DNA from: Vicinamibacteria bacterium
GTDB lineage: Bacteria > Acidobacteriota > Vicinamibacteria > Marinacidobacterales > Marinacidobacteraceae
Length of the DNA stretch: 64,000 nucleotides
Assembly: GCA_963422395.1 (NCBI GenBank)
Contig: OY729431.1
Span: 896,001-960,000, forward strand
Direction: 5' to 3'
The notes under the pieces were generated by a model that searched no databases, had not been told where the DNA came from, and saw nothing but the letters and a program-made list of their open reading frames with translations. Both the position numbers and the translations under genes were made by a program. Below, piece after piece: positions 28,589-38,127 of this stretch (the stretch's first letter is position 1; the number at the start of each line of letters is the position of its first letter).

Positions 28589-29617
28589 GTGGAACCTCTC
28601 TTTCGCTATCTGCGGGACCTCGTCGACATTCCGTCGGTCACGGGCGACGAATGGACGCTCGCCGAGCGGGTGGGTGCGGACCTCGAAGCCGCCGGTTTCC
28701 AGGTGACGCTCGAAGAAGCGGCGCCGGGGCGGCCGAACCTCGTGGCCCGCGCTCGCGGGGACGCCCCGCGCCTCTGGTTCTGCACCCACCTCGATACCGT
28801 GCCGCCCTTCTTTCCCTCGAACGAGACGAAAACCCACATCGGCGGGCGCGGCTCCTCGGATGCCAAGGCGATGCTCGCGGCGATGGTCTTCGCTGCGCGC
28901 AGCCTGCTCGAGGACGGGGTCTCGGGGTTCGGCCTCGCCTTCACCGTGGGAGAAGAGGTGGATAGCCTGGGAGCGAAGTTCCTCGAAGAGCGCGGCCCGG
29001 CCCGCTTCGGCAGCGATCCTTCGGCGAAGCTCCATCTCGTGGTCGGTGAGCCGACCGAGGGCGTTATGGCCAGTGGGCACAAGGGGACGCTCCGGGCGCG
29101 GATCAGCGCCTGCGGCAAGGCGGCGCACTCCGCCTATCCCGAAGCGGGAGACTCGGCGATCCACCGCCTGCTGGAGCTCATCGCCCGACTCCAGGCGCTG
29201 GATTGGGGCGTGAGCGAGGTCCTCGGCTCCTCGACCTTGAATGTGGGCCTGATATCCGGCGGGGTGGCGGGCAATGTGTTCGCGCCCGCTGCCGAGGCAA
29301 CGCTCTACTGGCGCCTCGTCGGCGCCTCGGCGCCCGCCCGCGCCCGCCTCTCCCGGATCGTCGCTGCCGACGAAGACCTGCGCTGGGAGCTCATCGGGGA
29401 GAACGACGCGGTGTTCTGCCGCACGCTCCCCGGCTTCCGGGTCGCCCCGATGTCCTATTCCACGGATATCCCCTTCATGCCTTCGTGGGGGACCCCGATC
29501 CTCATCGGCCCTGGCAGCATCCACGACGCCCACACCGCCGAGGAACGGGTTCCGAAGAGTGATCTCGTGGACGCGGTCGCTTACTACCAGCAGATCGCCC
29601 GCGAGCTCCTCGCCTGA
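28589..29617 (+). CDS. M20 family metallopeptidase/deacylase (ArgE/DapE-like)
   Basis: THLDTVPP, GRGSSDAK, VGEE, VGEPT, GKAAHS and GPGSIHDAHT motifs. Confidence 0.9.
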   Translation: MEPLFRYLRDLVDIPSVTGDEWTLAERVGADLEAAGFQVTLEEAAPGRPNLVARARGDAPRLWFCTHLDTVPPFFPSNETKTHIGGRGSSDAKAMLAAMVFAARSLLEDGVSGFGLAFTVGEEVDSLGAKFLEERGPARFGSDPSAKLHLVVGEPTEGVMASGHKGTLRARISACGKAAHSAYPEAGDSAIHRLLELIARLQALDWGVSEVLGSSTLNVGLISGGVAGNVFAPAAEATLYWRLVGASAPARARLSRIVAADEDLRWELIGENDAVFCRTLPGFRVAPMSYSTDIPFMPSWGTPILIGPGSIHDAHTAEERVPKSDLVDAVAYYQQIARELLA

Positions 29618-29620
29618 AGC

Positions 29621-30541
29621 TCACCCGGGTCCGGCTCCTTCCGGTCCGGTCTCCACCGGCCGCTTCGGATCGGCGCACCATTCCGACCACGATCCCGAAT
29701 AGACGGCGGCTCCCTCGATGCCCGCGCGCTCGAGGGCGAGCGCATTCAGCGCCGCGGTGAGCCCGGAGCCGCAATAGCAGACGATCCGCCGACCGTCTCG
29801 TTCGTGGTTCCGTTCGTCGGCCCGGTTTTCTCCGTCCGCTGCGGCCGCCGGTTCGAGGCCGAGCGCCCGGAACCGGGCCCGAAGCTCTTCCGGCGCGCGA
29901 AACCGACCGTCTTCACCGATGTTGCCCGTCCAGGGGTGGTTCTTCGCGCCGGGGATACGCCCTGCAACCGGATCGATGGGCTCGACCTCCCCGCGCCAGC
30001 GCGCCGGCTCGCGCGCGTCCAGGAGCAGCTGTTTCCGTCCCTCCAGCCCCGCCTCCACCGCCGGCGCAGCGAGCGCCATTTCCGGGGCTTTTCGAGGAAC
30101 GAAGGTCCGGGCGGGACGGGTTTCCTCTCCGGAGCGGAGCGCGCCGCCGACTTCGAGCCACGCGGGGAGCCCGCCGTCGAGGACCGCTGCGCCGGAGTGG
30201 CCAAGATAGCGCAGCATCCACCAGAGCCGCGCCGCGAACATCCCGGAGCGGTCGTCGTACGCCGTGACGAAGGAGTCCGGCCCGATTCCGAACCGGGAGA
30301 AGACCTCCGCCATCCGAGGCGCCGAGGGCAGGGGATGGCGTCCGTTCGTTCCCGTCTTCGGCGCCGACAGGTCGCGCTCCAGGTCGGCGAACACCGCCCC
30401 CGGCAGATGACCTTCCCGGTAGCGTGCCCGCCCCCAGGCCGGGTCGCCGAGGTCCGCGCGCACATCCACGAGCACCAGCCCGGGATCGCTCGCTGCAACT
30501 AGCGCCCGGAGCCATTCGGCAGAAACGAGCGGCCCGGACAT
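29621..30541 (-). CDS. sseA: Two-domain rhodanese / 3-mercaptopyruvate sulfurtransferase
   Basis: GHLPGA, GRHPLP, AARLWW, CYCGSGLTA active-site loop, YSGSWSEW. Confidence 0.9.
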   Translation of the reverse strand: MSGPLVSAEWLRALVAASDPGLVLVDVRADLGDPAWGRARYREGHLPGAVFADLERDLSAPKTGTNGRHPLPSAPRMAEVFSRFGIGPDSFVTAYDDRSGMFAARLWWMLRYLGHSGAAVLDGGLPAWLEVGGALRSGEETRPARTFVPRKAPEMALAAPAVEAGLEGRKQLLLDAREPARWRGEVEPIDPVAGRIPGAKNHPWTGNIGEDGRFRAPEELRARFRALGLEPAAAADGENRADERNHERDGRRIVCYCGSGLTAALNALALERAGIEGAAVYSGSWSEWCADPKRPVETGPEGAGPG

Positions 30542-30586
30542 GCAGACCCCGCCCCGTCGGTCCCCTGGCGGTGAGCCCCCAGGCAG

Positions 30587-30799
30587 CTATTCGAGCGGGG
30601 CGGCGGAGCCCTTTCGGAGCAGGGCTTCCATGATGCCTTCGAGTCGGGCCATGCGTTCACGGAGGCCGCCGATGTACCGATGGAGGCCGCCGATGTCCCG
30701 ATGGAGGCCGGCGATCTCCCGGCGCAGCGACAGGTGGGAAGCCACGATGGCGAGCACGATCGAAATCGTCGGAACCAGGATCTGCACTGCGTCGGACAT
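30587..30799 (-). CDS. Small single-TM coiled-coil protein (70 aa)
   Basis: GGAGG RBS; MSDAVQILVPTISIVLAIVAS TM helix, then heptads IAGLHRD-IGGLHRY-IGGLRER-MARLEG. Confidence 0.75.
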   Translation of the reverse strand: MSDAVQILVPTISIVLAIVASHLSLRREIAGLHRDIGGLHRYIGGLRERMARLEGIMEALLRKGSAAPLE

Positions 30800-30898
30800 G
30801 GACACCTCCGAGCCCGCTCCCAAACGGACTACCGAGGAGTCTAACGAGCCCCCGGCGATAGGACGGTTCGCCGTTGGGCGGCGGTGAGCCCCCGGCAG

Positions 30899-31090
30899 CT
30901 ATTCGAGCGGGGCGGCGGAGCCCTTTCGAAGAAGGGCTTCCATGATGCCTTCGAGTCGGGCCATGCGTTCACGGAGGCCGCCGATCTTCCGACGGAGACC
31001 GGCGATCTCCCGGCGCAGCGACAGGTGGGAAGCCGCGATGGCGAGCACGATCGAAATCGTCGGAACCAGGATCTGCACTGCGTCGGACAT
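30899..31090 (-). CDS. Small single-TM coiled-coil protein paralogue (63 aa)
   Basis: Same as 30587-30799 but one heptad shorter. Confidence 0.75.
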   Translation of the reverse strand: MSDAVQILVPTISIVLAIAASHLSLRREIAGLRRKIGGLRERMARLEGIMEALLRKGSAAPLE

Positions 31091-31126
31091 GGACACCTCC
31101 GAACCCGCTCCCAAAACGAAGCTCCG

Positions 31127-32473
31127 TTACCAGCCGCCAGCTGAAGCCGATTCCTCCGGAACTTCGGCGCAATGCGCTGCATACACATCTCGATTCTGCC
31201 GTGACTCCTCGCCACAGTAGTCCGTGGATCGGCTCAGGAAACCGATATGGGTTGCTCCATACGCGTACAGAATCGCCAGGCGGCCATCCGGCGTCCAGGT
31301 CATGTCCCGTATCGGAGCGCCGATTTCGATTTGCTCGACATATTTCACTGCGGTGCCGGAGCGGCGAACCCGGAGTAAGGATCTCGCCTTCAGTGAGGCG
31401 ATCAGAAAGTCGTCTTTCCAGAGTGGGAACCGGCGTTCGTCGTTCACCACGATGCTGGTAGGGGCGATGGACGGCACCCAAGAGAAGACCGGCTCGTGGA
31501 ATCCGTCGTGCCCTCCCACGGTCTCGTTTTCCATCGGAAGCGGCGACTTGCGGCCGTAATCGACTCCATAGCTGACATGAGGCCAGCCGTAGTCGCGGCC
31601 GGTTTCCAGGAGATTCAGCTCGTCCCCGCCTCGCGGCCCATGCTCGACTGCCCACAGGGCTCCGTCATCGTCTCTTGCGAGTCCCTGCGGGTTCCGAAGG
31701 CCGGCCGCCAGGATTTCCACTTCCCCGGTTGCGATCGTGACCCGAACGAGCTTGCCCAGGTGCGAATCGGGATCGGCAGCGACCGGAGCCCGGTTCGCCC
31801 AGGGCAACCACCCATCCCTCGCGTGATCCCCGATCACGACCAGCAGGTGATCCGGTCCGTCACGCAGCATCCTGCCGGCGGACCGATCCCCTGAGAGCCA
31901 GGATTCGAAGCACGGATCCGCTTCGAAAATCGTTCTCCATGACCCCGAGCGAGTTGCAGTCCCCGGACGCTCCAGGATCGTCGAAGACAGCCTGAACCGA
32001 ACACACTCGCCGGTGAAATAGTGATGGGTGACGAACAACTCGAAGCGCTCCGGCGACAGTTCCTTCAACAGGATGCCCGCGGTGCGGAAGTTGCTGCTCT
32101 CCTTGCCGGTGAAAGTCTCGTCCTGGACCCAGGCAGACACATTCATCGGAACTCGCTCCGCAAGAGGTTCCACGGCGCCTTCCGGCGTGATCAAGACCAG
32201 GTTTCCCGCTCCCGAGACGACCAACAGGTCATCGCCCAGGTTTGCCATCGCTCCGCCGTTCGGCTGGCGTCTTCCAAGGGGGATCACGGTGCTTTCCAGG
32301 GCGTACAGATGTGTCCGGATCTCGGATGTCTCGGAACTCCCGTTCTGTCCGTTTGGCGTCGAAGCGGCGAGATCCCGCCCCCAAGCGGCCAGAGACAGGG
32401 CGGCGAGAGGAATCGCGGCGGCGGGGCCGATCGCCCTCGCCCGGCTGCCGGGGAATGCTCTCGCCGTCGTCAT
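31127..32473 (-). CDS. PQQ-dependent glucose/sorbosone dehydrogenase family protein
   Basis: GLRNPQGL, EHGPRGGDELN, DYGWP and WVPSIAP motifs; signal peptide. Confidence 0.85.
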   Translation of the reverse strand: MTTARAFPGSRARAIGPAAAIPLAALSLAAWGRDLAASTPNGQNGSSETSEIRTHLYALESTVIPLGRRQPNGGAMANLGDDLLVVSGAGNLVLITPEGAVEPLAERVPMNVSAWVQDETFTGKESSNFRTAGILLKELSPERFELFVTHHYFTGECVRFRLSSTILERPGTATRSGSWRTIFEADPCFESWLSGDRSAGRMLRDGPDHLLVVIGDHARDGWLPWANRAPVAADPDSHLGKLVRVTIATGEVEILAAGLRNPQGLARDDDGALWAVEHGPRGGDELNLLETGRDYGWPHVSYGVDYGRKSPLPMENETVGGHDGFHEPVFSWVPSIAPTSIVVNDERRFPLWKDDFLIASLKARSLLRVRRSGTAVKYVEQIEIGAPIRDMTWTPDGRLAILYAYGATHIGFLSRSTDYCGEESRQNRDVYAAHCAEVPEESASAGGW

Positions 32474-33534
32474 TTCTCATTCCTCTTCGCCGCGAGACGG
32501 GCGATCCGGTCGCAGAGCTTTGGGAACGAGATCCCCAGAACCGCAGCCGATTGCGGTAGCAGACTGCGCGTGGTCATTCCCGGAAGGGTATTCGCTTCGA
32601 GGACCGAAGGGCAGCCGCCGGCGTCCAGGCGGAAGTCCACCCGCGAGAAGTCGCGCAGGCCGAGCGCCCGATGGGTTTCGATCGCCAGTTCGCCGAGCCG
32701 GCGCGCCAGCGTTTCGGGAATCTCAGCGGGGAAGATCTCCTCGGCCATCCCCGGGGTGTACTTCGCCTGGTAGTCGAAAAGGCCGGAGCGGGTGACGATC
32801 TCGCCCACGCCGAGGGCCTCGGGCGTGCCGTCCGCGGCCGAGCCGATCACTCCGACAGTGAATTCGCGCCCCGGCAGGTTTTCTTCCACCAGAACCCAGC
32901 GGTCGTGTAGCGCGGCTTCGGCGACCGCCTCCCGGATCGCCTCGAAACCGCCGGCCTGCCGCAGCCCCACCGAGGAGCCGACCCGTGACGGCTTGACGAT
33001 GACCGGGGAACCGAGGGCTTCGATCGCCGCGCGGCGGACGCTGGGGCCGAAGGACGAAAGGAGTGCGAAGCGGGGAGTCGGAATGCCGGCGCCGCGCAGG
33101 ACCCGCTTCGCTGCGGCCTTCTCCATGGCCAGCGCGCTGGCGAGCATTCCGCTTCCGGTGTAGGTCTTGCCCCCGAGTTCGAGGACCGCTTGGAGCCGTC
33201 CCCCTTCGCCATCGAGCCCGTGGAGCACCAGGAAGGCGAGTTCGGCTTCCCGGAGCGCCGGAAGGCGAAGGAGGCCCGGGACATCTTCGCGCTCGCGGCA
33301 GCGGGCCAGCACTTCGTCGTCGGGCGGCTCCCGGTCCACTCGCAGCGAAAGCAGCCGGCCTTCCTGTTCCGGGTCCAGCGCGCCGTGGACGGTGTCCACC
33401 ACGGTGACCTCGTGCCCGGCGATCCGCAGCGCCCGCAGCACTTCTCCGGCCCCGGCGAGCGCCACTTCCCGCTCCGGAGTGGAACCTCCGGTGATCAGCG
33501 CGATGCGAAGCGCCGGACCGTTCGCTCTCGTCAT
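32470..33534 (-). CDS. ddl: D-alanine--D-alanine ligase
   Basis: GGSTPEREV, LHGLDGEGG, VKPSRVGSSVG, FDYQAKY and EANTLPGMT motifs. Confidence 0.93.
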   Translation of the reverse strand: MTRANGPALRIALITGGSTPEREVALAGAGEVLRALRIAGHEVTVVDTVHGALDPEQEGRLLSLRVDREPPDDEVLARCREREDVPGLLRLPALREAELAFLVLHGLDGEGGRLQAVLELGGKTYTGSGMLASALAMEKAAAKRVLRGAGIPTPRFALLSSFGPSVRRAAIEALGSPVIVKPSRVGSSVGLRQAGGFEAIREAVAEAALHDRWVLVEENLPGREFTVGVIGSAADGTPEALGVGEIVTRSGLFDYQAKYTPGMAEEIFPAEIPETLARRLGELAIETHRALGLRDFSRVDFRLDAGGCPSVLEANTLPGMTTRSLLPQSAAVLGISFPKLCDRIARLAAKRNEK

Positions 33535-33586
33535 GTCTTCCCCGTGGACCGCACCGCAGGCGGCGGCTTTCGCGTCGGACGCCGGG

Positions 33587-35263
33587 TCACCGGTTCGGCG
33601 GCAGCAGTTCCGCCGCGATGCGGTCCAGCTTTTCGCACACTTCGGGATGGATCTCTGCCGGCGTCATCACCGCCGCCAGCCGGTGCAGATCCGTCTTCTT
33701 CTCCGGCCTGCCGACGCGCTCCAGCATCGGGAGGAGCAGTTCGTCGCTCGCCTTCACGCGCGAAAGCGCTGCGATGTCGCTGAACAGGTCGGCGTCCGGC
33801 GGTATCTGACGGCGGAAATCCCGGTCCACTTCCAGGAGTGTGGGCAGCGGCCCGCCGAGGTAGCGCTTGATCGCCTCCGGTTGCAGCAGGTAGTTCTCGA
33901 TTTCGTATCGAGTCCATCGGAGCACGACCAGACCCTGCTGCCGCGTCTCTTCCTCCGGTTCGTCGAGGTTGTCGCCGTCGAGGAGGCAGATGCCGGGAAG
34001 TTCCGGGAATTCGATGCGCAGAGCGTCGAAGTGGTGCCGCGCTTCCTTCAGGTTCCTGCCCCCGAGCCACTGGACATTCGCTCGACCGAAGAACTTCTTC
34101 GCCCGGTGGTCGAGGATTTCCGCCCACTGCCGCAGCAGCTCCTCATCGCTCCGACCTTCCAGATAGAGGATCGCGCCGCATTCCCGGGCTCGCAGGAGCT
34201 CGGTGGTAGTGAGGCGGCGCAGAGCTTCCCGAAGCCTGTTTCGATCCTGAGACGAGGCGAGCGCGCGCGGTCCGGCGCTGAAGAAGCCGATGACATCGCA
34301 AGGATCCGTGGCGTCGAGCAGGACTTCCGAATGCGTCGCGGCGATCAGCTGTCCTCGGCGCTCTTTCGCCGCGCCGCGGATGCGTTCGTACACCTGCTTT
34401 TGGAGCACCACATGCTGGTGCGCATCCGGCTCATCGAGCAGCAGGACCGAAGCGCGCCGGGCGTACAGGAAGGCCAGCAGCACGAGCACCTGCAAGGTCC
34501 CGCTTCCGGCATTCGAGAGATCGAGCGGCCGCCGGCGGCCGGGTTCGCTGTATTCGCAGACGATGTGGGGCTGTGCCGGCGAGTAGGACGGATGCCTGAT
34601 GTCGATGCCGAACATGCTGCGGACATGTCCGGTCAGTGACGACCAATCGTCCTCGCTCTCCCGGCTCGCGATTTCCCAGAGCAGGTTGCGCAGGATGTTC
34701 CCGGGCCGCCCCATCCCCACCAGGAGGTCCTGCATCCCCCGGTCGCGGCGAGGTTCGTCGCGCACGATTCCGGAGAGCGCGGGGACATGGATGACATCCA
34801 GGGCGCCGGCTGCTTCGGGAGGAAAGGAATCGAAAGCTTCTCGGGCCATGTTCTTCGCGCCCAGCGGCCTCACATACAGCAGCTCCGGATTCGCATACTG
34901 AAACTCCATTCCGCAGGACCACGGGTTGCTCGCCTCCCCGCCGTCGAGCTGGATCTCGATGCGGCGGGGAAGGCTGGTCCCCTCCTGGGTGACGCGGCGC
35001 TGCTCCCAGAGCAGGTTCATCTCCCGGAGCGGAACCGCAGTGAACCGGTCGCGGGTGACCGCGACTCCCGAGCGTTCCCGCGCCCTGCTGCCGCTGCTGC
35101 GCTGTTCGCGCCAGCGGTCGAGTCCGAATTTCCAGGTGGAAATCGCTTGCAGCAGTGTCGATTTGCCAGAGTTGTTGGCCCCGGCGAGCACGACCGAATC
35201 GCCGAGCTCGAAGACCTGCTCCTCGAACCGCTTGAAGCGGCGCAGCGTGACCCGGCGGATCAT
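33587..35263 (-). CDS. ABC-ATPase fused to a TOPRIM-like domain (OLD-family-like ATP-dependent nuclease)
   Basis: GANNSGKST, GSG signature, LLDEPDAH and THS motifs; C-terminal LYLEGRSD...LLDGD...YEIENYLL TOPRIM acidic motifs. Confidence 0.82.
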   Translation of the reverse strand: MIRRVTLRRFKRFEEQVFELGDSVVLAGANNSGKSTLLQAISTWKFGLDRWREQRSSGSRARERSGVAVTRDRFTAVPLREMNLLWEQRRVTQEGTSLPRRIEIQLDGGEASNPWSCGMEFQYANPELLYVRPLGAKNMAREAFDSFPPEAAGALDVIHVPALSGIVRDEPRRDRGMQDLLVGMGRPGNILRNLLWEIASRESEDDWSSLTGHVRSMFGIDIRHPSYSPAQPHIVCEYSEPGRRRPLDLSNAGSGTLQVLVLLAFLYARRASVLLLDEPDAHQHVVLQKQVYERIRGAAKERRGQLIAATHSEVLLDATDPCDVIGFFSAGPRALASSQDRNRLREALRRLTTTELLRARECGAILYLEGRSDEELLRQWAEILDHRAKKFFGRANVQWLGGRNLKEARHHFDALRIEFPELPGICLLDGDNLDEPEEETRQQGLVVLRWTRYEIENYLLQPEAIKRYLGGPLPTLLEVDRDFRRQIPPDADLFSDIAALSRVKASDELLLPMLERVGRPEKKTDLHRLAAVMTPAEIHPEVCEKLDRIAAELLPPNR

Positions 35264-35411
35264 GGAGCCGGCCGATCGGTTCTCTCCGACGTTCCGTTCG
35301 CTTTGCGGTCCGGGAGGATCACCGGGGGAGCGTATCCGCGCGGCGGCGGCGCCCGCCCCATCCCTCTGCTAACCCGCCCCGGGCCCGCCCCGGGAGGGAG
35401 TGCGGCCGGTC

Positions 35412-36095
35412 TCAGCCCCGCGGGGCGGATCCGAACGATTTCCGCAGCCCGGGGGCGTTGACGATCAGTTCTCCGAGATCGGTCATGGAGTTCTCGATGG
35501 CGATCTCTGCTGCGGCGGAGAGGAGCTTCGCCCCGGCTCCGCAGCTCATGCCGCTCCCGGCCTGGACCGCATTTCCCATCACGACCTCGCGGAACAGGAG
35601 GCCGTCTTCGGTGAAGACCGACACGGCGAGAGAGAGTGCTGCCGCCGCCTCCATCCGGAAGAGCCCGCCTCCGGTGAGAGTCACATCGAAGACTTCCGCC
35701 CGCACCGCGATCACCGTGTCGATCCCCAGACGGTCCATGTCCTCGCGCGCTATCCGGGATTCGCTCAGCCGCACCTCCTCGATCAGGGGCTCGAGCGTGC
35801 CCAGAATGGATTGTTCGAGCGCATCCCGGGCGTCGATCGGGTAATTGGAGTCGGCGCAACGGTTGTCTCGGGCGATCATCCCGGCATTGCGCCACAGTTG
35901 GTCGCCGTCCACGAAGATGCCGGCGCGCGCCGGGAGCCGGTCCTCGAACGCATACGCCTGATGCGACGGGGCGGCGCGGACCGCCACCCGATAGGTGCAA
36001 GAAGCCGCGGTGAGCACGGCGAGGCCGAGCGCCAGCATTCCGCAGCGCTTCGCCAGCCGGGTGAGTCGGTCGGGACTGGGGCTGATCCTGTTCAT
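35412..36095 (-). CDS. Hypothetical lipoprotein
   Basis: GAGGAAGAG RBS; hydrophobic signal ending in AASC; globular alpha/beta sequence. Confidence 0.65.
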   Translation of the reverse strand: MNRISPSPDRLTRLAKRCGMLALGLAVLTAASCTYRVAVRAAPSHQAYAFEDRLPARAGIFVDGDQLWRNAGMIARDNRCADSNYPIDARDALEQSILGTLEPLIEEVRLSESRIAREDMDRLGIDTVIAVRAEVFDVTLTGGGLFRMEAAAALSLAVSVFTEDGLLFREVVMGNAVQAGSGMSCGAGAKLLSAAAEIAIENSMTDLGELIVNAPGLRKSFGSAPRG

Positions 36096-36202
36096 CTCGA
36101 TCTCTTCCTCCCGCTGCTGCGGGGTCGGGTGATGCGGCGACCGCTGCCGACCGCCGGTGCGGAGATGCGCAACCGCCGTGCCCGAAGGCTGCTTCGAGAG
36201 CC

Positions 36203-37660
36203 TCACAGGGTCAGCACCAGGCGCACCGGTTCCGGCAGCGGCGCCGGCCGGGTGAGCAGGCTTGCTCCGGCGAGGACCGCGAATCCGGCCGCCATGGCCA
36301 CTGCGGCCGCCGGGGCTTCGAGGCCGGGAGCGAGGAGTTCGAGCCCGAGCAGCACGAGCGGGCCTGCCGCCATCGAGGCGGCCGCCGCCCGGGCGGTGAC
36401 CCGCTGCCAGGAGAGCCCGAGGAGAAGCGCGGGAGTGAGCGCCGCCGCGAACGCTCCGAAACCGAGGGTCCCCAGAAAGGCGATCAGGCCGCCTCCGGCC
36501 AGGTGGACGGCCGCCACCCCGAACGCCGCCAGACCGACGAGCAGCGATCCGGCGCGCGCCGTACCGAGGCCGGCGGACTCCAGCCTTCCCAGCGCCCGAG
36601 GCAGGTCTCGCGCCAGCACCGCCGCTCCGAGGTTCAGGAAGGCGTCGCTCGTGGACATGATGGCGGCGAGGACGGCCGCGGTGAGCAGGCCGGTGAGCAG
36701 GCCGGGGGTCCCCGGAAGCGCGAGCGCCGCCAGCGCGGCGTCGTCGGGGTGGCCGAGCGGGCCAAGACGCCCGTCGGCGGTGAAGACGAGCACCGCCGTT
36801 CCGAGGCCGATCCACACCAGCAGGCTCAGCCCCTGCGCCCCGCCGATGACCATCGGCAGGTAACGCAGCGCATCCGGGCTCCGGAGCATCAGGAACTTGT
36901 GGAGCAGATGAGGCTGGCCGAGCGTCCCGAGCGAGAACAGCAGCAGCAGGCCGAACCCCCGGGCGGGCGCCATCGAGCCGAGCGGGTGCAGCAGCTTCGC
37001 TCCGTCCGGGCCGGCAGCCGAAAGCGCCTCCGCTGCCCCCCAGGGTCCCGAGACCGCCGCCATCGCCCAGACGAAGACGACTGCCGCCGCCCCGGCCATC
37101 ACGATCCCCTGGAGCACATCGGTGTTCACCGACGCGGTCATCCCCCCGGCCAGCGAGTAGGCGAGCACGACCCCGGCCCCGAGCACCAGGGCGTGGAACA
37201 GTCCGATTCCGGGGAAGGCGAACTGTGCGGCGAGAGCGAGCGCCGCGAGCTGGACCCCGAGATAGATGATGCTGCCGATGAGGATCCCGCCGGCGGCCAG
37301 CCCGGCGGCGAGCCGCGCCCCCGGTTGCGCCCCGAAGCGGAAGGCGAGGACTTCCGGCAGGGTCAGCGCGCCGCTCGCCGCGGCCGTCAGCGCCAGCCGC
37401 CGCCCGACCGTGCGACAGAGCAGCGCTGCGGTGAAGCCGGCCGGGACGACGATGAACAGCGATCCGAGTCCGACCTGTCCCGTCAGGCCCGGACCGCCGA
37501 GGAACACGAAGCCGCTGAACGCCGATGCCGCCACCGCCAGCCCGGCGCGGAGAGCTCCGAGGCGGCGCCCGGCGGCGAAGAAGTCGGCGGCGTTCCCGGT
37601 GCGGCGGAGCGCGAGGAGCCCCACCGCGAGCGTCACCAGCAGGAGGATCGCCGGGATCAT
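36203..37660 (-). CDS. Sodium:solute symporter (PutP/PanF-like)
   Basis: DFFAAGRRLG, SGFVFLGGPG, GGMTASVNTDVLQG, LGQPHLL and AAIMSTSD motifs. Confidence 0.9.
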   Translation of the reverse strand: MIPAILLLVTLAVGLLALRRTGNAADFFAAGRRLGALRAGLAVAASAFSGFVFLGGPGLTGQVGLGSLFIVVPAGFTAALLCRTVGRRLALTAAASGALTLPEVLAFRFGAQPGARLAAGLAAGGILIGSIIYLGVQLAALALAAQFAFPGIGLFHALVLGAGVVLAYSLAGGMTASVNTDVLQGIVMAGAAAVVFVWAMAAVSGPWGAAEALSAAGPDGAKLLHPLGSMAPARGFGLLLLFSLGTLGQPHLLHKFLMLRSPDALRYLPMVIGGAQGLSLLVWIGLGTAVLVFTADGRLGPLGHPDDAALAALALPGTPGLLTGLLTAAVLAAIMSTSDAFLNLGAAVLARDLPRALGRLESAGLGTARAGSLLVGLAAFGVAAVHLAGGGLIAFLGTLGFGAFAAALTPALLLGLSWQRVTARAAAASMAAGPLVLLGLELLAPGLEAPAAAVAMAAGFAVLAGASLLTRPAPLPEPVRLVLTL

Positions 37661-38112
37661 CGCCGGGGGTTCCTTGCGGAGTTCCGGTTCCGCAGGCGGC
37701 GCAGCGCCTTCGGGTCCGGAGGCCGGAAGGACAGCGCGAACCCGGCGCCGGTGAGCACCAGCGGCACTCCGAAGACGCCGAGGAGCAGCCCCCAGAGCGC
37801 GAGCGGCAGGCCTGCCGGACCCGTTGCTGACGGCGAGGCTGCGAGCAGCGTTCCCGCCCCGAGCGAGAGCGCGAAGAGGGCGCCCGACCACGCCCCCCAG
37901 GAGCTCCGGCTATCCGAAGAGCCGCAGGCCCAGACCGCGGCGACCGCGGCGGCGACCGCAATTGCCATCGCCGCCGCCCCGCCGGCGAGCAGGGCGCCCC
38001 CGGCGAGGCCGATCAAGAGAGCGGCGGCCGGCGGGCGCCGGGAACCCCGGGGAGCGAGACCGGCGTTACCGGCGGCGCGGGGACTTCGCTCATGCGAGAA
38101 GCTCTCGTTCAT
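37657..38112 (-). CDS. Small membrane protein coupled to the SSS transporter (accessory-subunit-like); start uncertain
   Basis: Three or more hydrophobic helices; stop overlaps the symporter ATG. Confidence 0.55.
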   Translation of the reverse strand: MNESFSHERSPRAAGNAGLAPRGSRRPPAAALLIGLAGGALLAGGAAAMAIAVAAAVAAVWACGSSDSRSSWGAWSGALFALSLGAGTLLAASPSATGPAGLPLALWGLLLGVFGVPLVLTGAGFALSFRPPDPKALRRLRNRNSARNPRR

Positions 38113-38127
38113 CGATATCACATATCG
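38113..38127. promoter_or_regulatory. Palindrome CGATAT-CAC-ATATCG (candidate RHH operator)
   Basis: Perfect 6-bp inverted repeat filling the gap between the divergent starts at 38112 and 38127. Confidence 0.45.

Larger units (their letters stand above)
30567..31118. repeat. Tandem duplication (units about 30567-30826 and 30880-31118), each carrying a small membrane-protein gene
   Basis: Near-identical units from GGCGGTGAGCCCCC to CCCGCTCCCAAA; they differ by one internal 21-bp unit. Confidence 0.9.

Noticed and set aside
24745-29617. fab genes as a secondary-metabolite (type II PKS) cluster
   Set aside because: Canonical primary FAS II context with rpmF/yceD; no chain-length factor or tailoring enzymes
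30567-31118. Possible CRISPR array from the 21-bp repeats
   Set aside because: The repeats are contiguous coding heptads without spacers, and there are no cas genes in the window
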